This document shows positions 40,985-51,266 of a stretch of 64,000 bases of DNA, piece after piece; positions within the stretch are counted from its first letter, which is position 1, and every line of letters begins with the position of its first letter. This stretch comes from Hemiscyllium ocellatum (lineage: Eukaryota). The DNA lies in contig NW_026867476.1 in NCBI RefSeq assembly GCF_020745735.1, positions 372,001 through 436,000 of the forward strand, read 5' to 3'. A model generated the notes under the pieces. It did not search any database. It saw only the letters and a program-made list of their open reading frames with translations, and had not been told where the DNA came from. The translations under genes and the position numbers were made by a program.

Positions 40985-41190
40985 TAGAGCGTAATGCTGG
41001 AAAACCACTGCAGGTCTGGCAGCATCCAAGGATCGGGAGAATCGAACTCTGGACATAAACCCTTCTTCAGCCCATTGCTGATTCAGGGTTTATGCCCGAA
41101 ATCTCGATTCTCCTGCTTCACGAATGCTGCCTGACCTGGTGTGCTTTTCCAGCACAAGACTCTCGACTCTGATCGCCAGGATCTGATGTC
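40985..41190. mobile_element. More diverged fold-back element of the same family
   Basis: gctggaaaa...ggcagcatcc...gagaatcga / tcgattctcc...tgctgcctgacc...ttttccagc arms. Confidence 0.75.
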
Positions 41191-44100
41191 CTCATCAAAC
41201 GTCCTTTGTCCACACCTTCCCTCTTTTACCACCTTTTCTCATCTTACTGAAGCATCTAAAGCCCAGAAGCTACAAGAATCAGCCGTGTCACTGCTCTGTC
41301 CATGTCTCCGAAATGCCTGCAACATCCAAGTCCCAGGTGCCAACCCATGCTGCAATGTCACCAGCGTTATTCCAGATGCTCCTCGTGATCAAGTTAGAAC
41401 ATGACAAATCACCGTCCCACTTGCTGGTGACTTGCCACCTCACACATGACCTCACTACACTAAGCCTCCTGAACACTGGAGCAAATATTCAGGTTCCTAT
41501 CCCCCTGCTGAATTAGTTTAAATGTTCCAAAGAGCATCAGCAAATCCAGCATCCAACCCATATCCTGGTACCCATCCGGTTCAGGTGCAGTCCATCTTGT
41601 ATTTACATGTGCCCAATTATCAAGGTGTATGAATCCCTCCCTACTGCACCATCTCTGTCGTCGCATGTTCGACTGCTCTCTCACCCTGTTCCTCACCACG
41701 CTAGGTTGTGGTACAAATAACAAGCCAGAGATAACAGCTGTCTTTATTATAGCTCTAAGTTTCCAGCCGAGCACCTTGAATTTTTGCCTTGCATCCACAT
41801 CCCTTTTCCTACCAATGTCATTGGTCCTCCTGTAGATCACGATTTGGGACTGCTAGCCCCACCTGAAAGATACCGAAACCATGATCTGAACATTCCTGGT
41901 GCTAGCACTTCGGAGGTAACACACCAACCACAAGATTCTTACATTCACACAAGGTCTCCTTTCTGTACCACTAACTATGGAGACCCTAATGAATAATGCT
42001 CTCTTCCTTTTCCTCTTCCTCTTCCCCTTTCCCTTCTGAGCTACGCGGACAGACTCTGTCCCAGAGACATGTAGACCATGGTTTACCCCCGGTAAGTTAT
42101 CCCCCCCAACAGTATCCAAAACGATCTACTTGTCATTGAGGTAAACGGAAAAACGATTCCCCTGCACTGTCTACATGTTCCCTCTCCGTCCCTGAAACTG
42201 TCACCAATCTACCATTTTTCTGAACATCCCTGTAACTAATCGATATTGCCCCACAGCCTCCTCAAAGTTCCGAAGACCATCAGTTCCAGCTCAAATTCCC
42301 AAATGCGGTTTCCAAGGCAGCTGGAGTTGGATGCCTTCCCGCAAATGAAGTCAGTGGGGACACTGGTGGTGATCATTACCTCCCACGTTCTAGAGAAGAA
42401 TCATTCGAATGCCCAACAATCCAATCACAAACAAACTACGTATAGAAGAACGAGTAACCTTTCCAAATCTGCGCTCAGAACATTTTGGTTTCGGTGAGAG
42501 CAGGACGTTTGGTGGGAGACACTACTGAAGTAAAGCAACCACCTAAATATCTTGCCTCATTTACTCAGCTTTCCTGTATCCGCTCCTGCTCAGCTTGCGC
42601 TCTGCCTCATCACAAGGTAAGTTTTGAAAGGGTTAACTTACTTTCCCACCAGTCCCTTGGTGCTCGCTCTCGCTCTCCCCGCATTTTCACCACTGATCCC
42701 AAGTGCTGAGCTTTTGAAAAATTAATTTCTCTTCCCGGCAGCCCCTGTTCATCACTATTGTTGCTCCCACTACTGCTACAAAGAATTGGATCCAGACAGC
42801 AGGAATATTACAATAGATCCAGAGACACGTAGCGCTGTTATGATGCAAACAAAAGGCAGTTACTTGATCTAGAGAACAGGAATAATTCAGTGGATTCAGG
42901 ACTAAGTTAATTCCAGCTCTGTGGTAAAATGCTGACTCGTGTGACTGACATTGGTACCGCCAGTTTGACGCAGTGACCAGGACTCACTGAAACGCAACAA
43001 CTTAATGATTCGGGTTTAATGTAATGAAGAGTCTTGGAATTTCACAGAAGCTTTTGGCCATTTAAATTCACATGATCAAAAGCTTGGCCAAAGTAATCAG
43101 TTGCTAGGCGTGTTCTTAAGGAAGAAAACATAGTCAAAGATTTTCAAATATTCCGGGGGTAAATTTCTAATTTTAGGTTCCAGACTGCACAAGACACGGC
43201 CACCAACGGAAGGGTTTCAAATTCGGCGACAAAAAGTATTTGGAGACGGTGTTCTCTGTCCCGAGGTCCATAGCCCAAACTACCATGGATACTGGAGATT
43301 TTAAATAATGGCATTCAAATGTTGGCGAAACTCAACAGGTCTGGCAGCATCTGTACAGTACGTCCCAAATGTGAGTCTTCAAACCAAAACAATAACACTT
43401 TCTATCTGTGTAAATACTGCCAGTGCTGACGAGTTTCTCAAACTGTCCTGTTTTAATAAAGGTCATCAAAGCTTCTTGTTTATTGTTATGTCACAAACTG
43501 AGCGACAGCTGAATCCAATCTGTGTAAGCACAGGGATTCAATTTAGCATACTTCGAATCATTTGGATCTTACTGCTACATCCAGACAACGTTTTAGAAGT
43601 GGTTTAAAGGAAAAAGAAAAAAATCAGTAAAATTAAAAATTGGAAAGAGCAGATGTGGACATTCTGAGGAAAGCTCACATTGTTAGTTTCTAAACAAGAC
43701 TCAAATGAGTATCGTTCAGATTGGACACCTCCCACCACCAGCACTAACCCCTATTTCAGACTAATTACTGGAAAGGTCGGATGGTCCGTGGACGCCACTC
43801 GATCTGTATTCTCTGCAGTTTCAAAGAATGTGAATTAATCTAATTCAAAATTCGAATACCTTTCTAGGGTTAAATTATATCAACATGCAGAAAGGAATTG
43901 GAGAAACTGTTCACGACTTTTGTGAAGATTTGTACCTCAGGTTGAGGTTCCGATCATGAGTTTGCTCAGATGCTTCGTCACCATGCTGGGTAACAGCATG
44001 TTGATGAAACGTCCAAAAACAAACCTACCAGCTCACCCAGCAAAGTTACAACCTGAACTGTTTGTTCAAAAGTCTGGGAAAGTTTGCTTAGCATGTCAAT

Positions 44101-44663
44101 TAAACATATTCATCACAGCATTCAAACAGGAATATATCATTTTTTTAATCCGGTTCTCAGTTTAAGACTGAGTGAAACTGCAGAAGTTGAGGTACAGTTT
44201 TCGAGATCGAATGTTTGACCGAGGTCCTGCTGACCTGCTCAGCATAAAACACCACCAGCACTGTTGATTTACAATGAAGACGGGGATGGGCAGGAAACAA
44301 AAGAAAATAGTGCTGAAGATACTGGAGTGAAGAATTTTGCTTTTGGGTTCTTCCAGTATCGCAGCTTCACATTCTTTGCTGAACACATTTGACAAAATAG
44401 AAACACGGGCCGCATACCAAGCTCATTTCCGCGGGGCCAAGGAGGAATGAAGCGATCACTGACAGAAAATGTCTCCACCTTTAACCCCACCCCCGATCCC
44501 TGCGCATTGGGCAAATGTGGGATGGGATTACAAATCCAGCTCACAGAGCTGGTGAAGTCACATAAAACGGAAAGTTCCCTCTGCAAGCCTACCACTTAAT
44601 CAGACAACGAAAGTACAGAGATCTTGAATCCATTCGGCCCATCAATCACCTCACTGACTCTGC

Positions 44664-44671
44664 CTGCAAAT
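44664..44671 (+). promoter_or_regulatory. Octamer-like motif (CTGCAAAT) upstream of NAR-TCR V leader
   Basis: 7/8 match to the Ig octamer ATGCAAAT about 105 bp upstream of the ATG; short motif, could be chance. Confidence 0.3.
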
Positions 44672-44776
44672 CACCTCCATTCATATCTAGTAATACGGTG
44701 CAGGACACGATCGGATCTACCAGAATAATCTGTCATTCCCCATCATCAAAAGCCATCAGCTCCGAGCCTGGGAACG

Positions 44777-45265
44777 ATGGGTGCCCTCCTTGGTTTGGTC
44801 CTCTGTCTCTGTTTACCATGTGAGTATCAATCACGGAAAGCAACATCGTGTGAATGAAAAACTACAATCTTACTCAGGTTCATCTGAATTACAGGCACGG
44901 TCTGGGGTTTGAACCGCGTTGTGTGTGTCAGTTCTATTGACCACTTATCTCTTTTTGTTTAATTTGCAGGTTTGTTCAGTCAGTCAGTGACACAGGAACC
45001 TTTAAATGTTCCCACGAACGAGTGTGAGTCCCTCATCATCACCTGTGAATTTCATGAATATCATTGGTTTTACACTATTAAATTTGTGAGTGGAACATTC
45101 TTCAAACAAACGCAGACAGCGACAGAATGGGAGCGGATCTCCAGCGGCGGGAGATTTGTTCTGTCCACGGATAAAGCTCAAAAGAGATTTTCGTTGAAAA
45201 TTCGGGATGCCAGAGTTGAAGACACCGCCACCTATTACTGTAAAGCTCGATACTGGTGCGATGCA
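44777..45265 (+). CDS. NAR-TCR (IgNAR-like) V gene segment: leader exon 44777-44819, V exon 44970-45265
   Basis: MGALLGLVLCLCLP/GTGAGT, acceptor tttgcAG; SQSVTQEP...ESLIITC...TEWERISSGGRFVLSTDKAQKRFSLKIRDARVEDTATYYCKA has the IgNAR-type short FR2-to-FR3 link (no CDR2 C-prime strands). Confidence 0.93.
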
Positions 45266-45303
45266 CACAGTGACAGGCCTCGGCTTCCCATCGCTCAAAA
45301 ACT
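45266..45303 (+). other. RSS of NAR-TCR V (CACAGTG - 22 bp - TCAAAAACT)
   Basis: Consensus heptamer at 45266-45272; nonamer 7/9 at 22-bp spacing. Confidence 0.9.
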
Positions 45304-45619
45304 CTCACAGGAGATTATTCCAGAAATAAATTGAAACCCAGTTAATCTGCCCAGAAATTCGCACAGCTCTGCCTTTTAATTTCTGCCCCATAGTCCAATT
45401 TACATATCTACTGGATGATTGTCAACAACAAGATGAGTTTCACAGATGCCAAGAGTCTTTGGATGGTAAGTCCTTTGTCGGGATTTGTGTGGCTGACTGG
45501 AAGTTAGGAATACTTGATCACGATTACAGGATATTGACACGAGTCTTAATCCTATTCTAACAGCTGGAATCAGGAATTACTGTCCACCTGTCAAGTCACA
45601 AATCTCAACTGGTCCTGGA

Positions 45620-45691
45620 AAGTTTTAAATTGATTTGTAACATTGTGTGATAGCAGGAGCAGACACAATGAAAGGAGCCTAACCAAATACC
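45620..45691 (+). other. NAR-TCR D segment (coding 45648-45663, TGATAGCAGGAGCAGA) flanked by 12-type RSSs
   Basis: 5-prime heptamer CATTGTG 45641-45647 with weak T-tract nonamer at 11-12 bp; 3-prime CACAATG - 12 bp - CCAAATACC. Confidence 0.75.
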
Positions 45692-46002
45692 TCTGTGCAA
45701 TTTTAATACAATTTCTCCAGCACCAATTGTCAATTTTCAGCATGACGTTCTCTTCACTGCAATATGAGTTGATATTTTTACTCACTCGAGCAAGCACTAA
45801 TTTCTTTGTTAGATTCTTCTCTGCTTATATGAAGAGAACACTTGATTCCCACGTTCATGTGCCATTTGACAAAAGACCAGGAAATTAACTAGAGCCAAAG
45901 GAAACTTGGACACAAGGAATTTTGCTTATTTATCTAAAAGCTCTGAATAATGAGAGTGTTCAATAGCGCGCTGATGATTTCTCGACTCTTCGAGGTACCG
46001 TT

Positions 46003-46091
46003 GGTTCTTGTGCAGGGGAGACTAAGAGGAGTATTGCTGTGCGGTTATGACCATGTCGATGGATCCGGGACGGTGGTGACTGTCACGCCTG
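46003..46091 (+). CDS. NAR-TCR J segment (coding 46042-46091) with 5-prime 23-RSS
   Basis: GGTTCTTGT - 23 bp - TGCTGTG then GYDHVDGSGTVVTVTP and phase-1 donor G/GTAAGT. Confidence 0.9.
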
Positions 46092-48546
46092 GTAAGTTAC
46101 TCTGCACTCCGACTCGTTATAGACTATCTTCATTAATGTTGGGTTTAATATTTTGAACTTCAGTTGCAAAGAAACTCAAAACAAACTTTTTGGAAGTAAA
46201 CTTTTTGTAACATTTTCCAAATATGGGGAGAATAACGAACTCGATTCCTGATTTTCCCAGAAGAATTGAGGTTGTGGTATTGAAAACTTACACCGATGTT
46301 TCTGGCATAAGCCTTTCATTGTCGATTTTCCTGCTTTTCTGATGCTTCCTGTCTTGCTGTGCTTTTTCAGCGCCGCGCTCTCGATTCTGATCTTCAGCAT
46401 CTGCAGTCCTCACTTTCTCCTCCTTTTCCAAAAGAATGCATGTATTCAAATCGGTCCTGGGTCGGTGGTTTCACTGACCTGGAGTATTTCTCGCAAGTCA
46501 ATGTTGGGATCGCACCAGTATGGTAGAAAGTGTGGAAACTGAGAACACGAACAACACGAGGTAACTCCAGGAATTACCTGTGGCTGGTGATAGGAATTAT
46601 TGTCGTTTTTTATTTCTTTCCATTGCATTCATATGTGTCTGTATACAATGAACCATTTCCCCAGTTTTCCAACCTCAGACTTAAATTAGGAAATGTAAAC
46701 ACTTTCCGTCAATGTAGCCCTTTTGAGATATCAGTTTGCTATATTTTAGCAGCATAAGGGTACAGTTTCAAATTTGGCCTTTGCACATTTAAAACCAGCA
46801 AGAAACGATACCTCAAAAGGAAACCGCTGAGTTGACAATTTCCACGACATTGTCGGAGGTATAACCCTGACAAGAATATTTCGTGACTTTTATATTGTGA
46901 AGGGCTGGTCTGATGGATTGATGTTTCCTCTCCAATAGGTGTGTTTTGGAGAAAGTGCGGCTCTGATTCTTCATACCGTCTCCTGAGATATTATTGTTAT
47001 CCTTTGTGAAGTGATTACGAGTTCTCAGCTACATTGCATCGCGGTTAAAATAAAGAAAAGTCGTCTAATTTGAACATATAGAATTGTTACAGGATAGACA
47101 TCTAGTACAATTTACTCTGGGCTGATAAGTCCACACAATCGTCACAGTTCGAGATTAAGGTCTCAGTTACTAGCACTGCCACAAGGAGAAATAATTCAGT
47201 CAAGGCGTTTCCTTGAATATGCAGCATTCCGTTCCTCATAAAGCTTTGGAGGCCCAAAATTGCATGTTTTCGCCAGGTCTCTTCTCTCTGAGAAGCAGAT
47301 AAGCAGAAGGTGACCTCTTACAAATCATATATACCCTGACACAGTTAATGGGGTGGATGAGATAAAACTCACAGCAATGTTTCATTAATGTATCATGCTC
47401 ACTAACAGAATAAACCAAGTCATGAATGTAACGATGAACTGCTAGCGAAATGTGGAATATTCCTCCAAACAGAGGATTTAGGGCAAATTCTACTGAGTTA
47501 TTGTTGGCATGTTTAGAAAACCGAGGGAGAAGACAGATTAAATCTACTCAGCGTTCCAAATCAGAAATGATAGTTAGATTTCATGCGGGTTTGAACATTG
47601 GAGTATATGCAGAGCCATAAATTAGTTGGGCAGAACTCCTTATTCCTTGTCTTCAGATCCACTCCGAATACTCAGAAGACAATAAATCGATGCCAGTTCA
47701 AATTCATAGAGAAGAGCTGGGTTCCCAATGACGAACAGTAAAACCACGCTTAGAACCAGTGCAGACTGATCCCAACCGACTATGGAGGGAAATCTGGGGA
47801 ACCTATCAACAATTAGAAGAAACACAAAATGAAAAAAATATATAATGCAGAAATAAATGAAAACTAAATTGAAATATTTCATGTTAGAAATAAACAACCA
47901 CAAAACGGATATGATTTGAAAAAATAAACAAAATAAAACAGTAGTTCCGACGTTAGGTAAAATCTCCTGGACAGAGGTAAACTGCTGAAAACGATTGACC
48001 AATCACTTTATTCATTGTGTATCTTGCTGTGTATAATGGCACAAAAATGTTGGGTGACATTCGGGCAGCTATTTTTGAAAATCGTCTCGACAGGTTATAA
48101 GAAGTTTACTCGAGTTGCGTTTCACCACAGCATATAGAATCAGAAATATAACATTCATTACGGAATCATATAGGAGAGCATTCAACACGCCTGCGTTTAC
48201 TGCCTTTTTTCCCGTCCATTCAAATTATTCCTGCTGTATTTGGCTTTTCTCCATAGCTCGGCCTTCCTGTCCATTAAAGCTGCTGCTTATTTCCCATTTG
48301 AAATTTGCTGTTCAATGAGTTCCAATCACTCGTTTTGGCAGCTCATCAGACATTATAAGAAGACGACATATGAAAGAAAATGTCACCCTATCTCCTCAGC
48401 AATTTATATTTCGATAAAAGAGAATAGATTCAAATGGACTGTCAACAAAGTTAACTGCCACAAAAGTCAGGTCAATTTCGGTCATTTGCAATTTCCCTGT
48501 ATAAACAGTAGTTGAATAATTACTCATGCACAATGTCATTCTGCAG

Positions 48547-48856
48547 ATTCCAGTACCCCGATATCTCAGAGACCGCTTGTGCAAACCTGTCCTGCTGGTG
48601 ACAACGTTACTCTAACTTGTAAGTATTCAGGATCCTGTCAGTACACAGTTTACTGGTACAGTCAGTCCCCAGGACAGGCTCCGAAATATCTCCTTCAGAG
48701 AGACACCAGAGGAGAAGCGAAGAAAGAAAATGCTGCTGGACTACGAATTTCTGAATCTTTTGATCCACAGGCAAAAATCAGTCGGTTAATGATCTCTCGA
48801 ATACAACTAAGTGATTCTGCTGTTTATTACTGTGCAAGGAGTCGGCAGTCAGCACG
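48547..48856 (+). CDS. Leaderless supporting TCR-delta V segment of the NAR-TCR cassette
   Basis: Acceptor ctgcAG at 48546 in phase with the NAR J donor giving DSSTPISQRP...VTLTCKYSGSCQYTVYWYSQSPGQAPKYLL...LSDSAVYYCAR; no leader exon recognised in the 2.45-kb intron. Confidence 0.92.
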
Positions 48857-49133
48857 CACACTGATTCAGGGTACAGAGAGAGCCGTACAAAATCTTGAGC
48901 ATAGGGGGATTACCGACACAGTGATGCACAGCTGGAAGAGAGCGTTACAAAAACCTGAACATATTGGGATTATAGACACACAGTGAGGCAGAGCACGGTG
49001 AGACACGTACAAAAACCCAGAACATGGTGCTGTTGCCGACACACTGATGCAGAATACTGAATGTGTTTTACCAGAACTTGAATAAGGTGAAGATTACAGA
49101 AATAGTGACACAGAGATAGCTGTACAAAATCAT
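48857..49133 (+). repeat. Tandem array of 23-RSSs with ~60-bp period
   Basis: CACACTG-23-ACAAAATCT (48857-48895); CACAGTG-23-ACAAAAACC (48917-48955); CACAGTG-23-ACAAAAACC (48979-49017); CACACTG-23-ACCAGAACT (49040-49078); degenerate TACAGAA-22-ACAAAATCA (49096-49133). Confidence 0.93.
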
Positions 49134-51058
49134 GTCTGCAGATTTGTAGAGCTGGACACGGAATCCAGGTTTGGGGGTGTGAAGAATGATTTGTAACCAA
49201 AATCTCCATGGTTAAACAGCATATATTGTCACCAATGCCCTATTTATTGAGGAAACATCTAATTAATGGAAATAATTATGGCTTTCATGTTAACCCGTGT
49301 TTATATGTAACACACTGTTATTGGAAAATGAACCAGTCAAGAGGGAGCATTGCATTTTGCACAAAAGATGTGTAATATGAACAGTTTCATTAATAACTTG
49401 AGTATTCGAATTGGACAAGTATGGAACAGGAAATGCGTTTTGGACGTTTAAGGTTTCTGAGCTTAATTGTTTTCCACCTTTATGCAGAGGGTTGAGATAC
49501 ATAGTCGATGAACATTCCTGTGTTGTGCGATTTCATGACTTTAGTTTTCACTTCCGAGTTTTATTAAAGAAAGTGAATCCAAATCAACATTTCCACATCA
49601 GTGAGATATTGAATTTCCAATACCATGTTTCCAGAAGGATCCAGCTACGTTTAATTGCTGCTCTGCGGAAGTTCTCACTAAAAACACAACTTCATTTAAA
49701 TTGAACATCGAATGCCAGATATCAATAATCCAGACAGAATAATACTTTAGGTAATGTTCTTTTAGTCTTTCTATAATTTCGGTGCATTCGGCCATGTGTG
49801 ACTCGTCTTTATTAAATTAATTAGAATTTTCACAGTCTATTTCATTGTATTTCTGAAATTACTTTTTTCTGCTTGTGGTTTGCACAACCATTGGAGCTTG
49901 TGCCAAAGTATCTCAGATGTCAGTTAGTTTCAGTTTCTGCAGGTTCTGTTGTGGTTTTACTGTTACTGAGTGGGAACGGCCTCTTCAATGTCTCAGACAA
50001 TATTAACTCCCTCCAGTCCGTTGTTTAATTTTCTCCAATAATCTCTGGGTTTAGTTTTCATTGAACTTCATATTAGACACGATTTTCAGAGCAGGCCCGG
50101 GATATTTGCTTAATTTGCCAGTGCCAGAGTTTGCTCATCACAGAAGCTTCTCTCTGCTCTACATATAACGATATATAAACAGTTGGAGGCATATACACCT
50201 TTATTCCTTTCTGCAACCTGTCTTTTGTCCATGTTCTATCCACTCCATATATCAGTAGCTCTATTCTGTTGTAATGCCTTTTCACGAGTACATTTTGATC
50301 TCTGTTTGTTCTTTCAGCAGATCTCAATATATTTTAACTCATGATCGTGGAGTCACACACAAGAGCGATTTGCTGAATTTATTTCATCGTACCAGTTAAA
50401 TTATTTCTGTTCAGTCACCTCCTGTTTCAAGTGTTCCGAAGAAGGGAGCTACAGCCTGATCAAACACTTTCAATTGACATTAATTGTTACTGGTCCCTTT
50501 TTCAGCTGGAGAATATGCCATCGCTGATCATGCACAAACACAAAAATTAGAAACATTGAAAGATATTCCGACCTTGAGTCTGCACTGACATTTCCTTTGT
50601 CAAGAGATTGATCTTCTCATTGCTAATGAATATCCTTACTTGCCTTGTTGAGTAAAGCTTCAATAAGATTGAATAAACGCAGCATAATCAATTCAAATGA
50701 GCCAGCTTATTCTGTCCTGCATGTAGGAAAATTCACTCTCTACATAAATATGACTCAATGGCAGAAGTGTGGCAGGTTTACTGCAGAAATATGGAAAATT
50801 GCAAAAACTGAGCTTCTGCTGGTGTCTGACTAGAACTTGATTACTATGGGAAAAAAAAACTTGAAGTTTGTCATTATGAATGTGCCTCTGTCTCAGTGAA
50901 TTAACATTTCTCATTTTTATTTTGTGAATGCCTGCCACCATAATGCATGTCTCTCTCCGTATTTCCCAGTTACTTAATATCATTTATTGTTTTGAAATCT
51001 TATGTACTTACCATTATTTATTGGAGCTTATACGAATGCCAATGTTTGAAAGAAATTA

Positions 51059-51266
51059 GTGTGTGTGTGTGTGTATGTGTGTGTGTGTATGTGTGTGTGT
51101 GTGTGTGTATGCATGAGCACGCTCTGTTCTTATCACTGTTTCACGCAGCCATGATTGCTACTGGACCAGTCCATGAGTCCTTGATACAGAAGCTCAACAC
51201 ACATGAACACACAATTGATATATGCACACGATCCTATAAATTGTTTCGTCACAATTGATCAAATTG
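51059..51266 (+). repeat. GT microsatellite plus ~150-bp unique flank, paralogous to 58878-59086
   Basis: Shared atatatgcacacgatcct.taaattgttt...caattgatcaaatt and ctgttct...gtttcac...atgattgc.a.tgga..agtccatg.gtcc.tgata. Confidence 0.8.

Larger units (their letters stand above)
39740..42480 (-). mobile_element. Deleted CR1 5-prime/middle part (ORF1 zinc finger, endonuclease start, pre-RT linker) interrupted by two hairpin insertions
   Basis: DFICGK...RIWEFELEL (ORF1-like, ~42350); ITRSIWNNAGDIAAWVGTWDLDVAGISETW (endonuclease, ~41350); KSFYKYVRNKRVTRLRLGPIKD (40200). Confidence 0.8.

Noticed and set aside
46440-46545. GPGSVVSLTWS peptide resembling a V FR1, or a hidden leader for the supporting V
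   Set aside because: No Cys23, Trp41, YYC or RSS and no leader-like exon with a phase-1 donor.
47640-48002. Hydrophobic 120-aa minus-strand ORF (possible TM exon)
   Set aside because: AT-rich intron composition explains it; antisense to the cassette; no family motif.
48857-49133. CRISPR-like repeat-spacer appearance of the 60-bp array
   Set aside because: Vertebrate DNA; the conserved parts are RSS heptamers and nonamers, with no cas genes.
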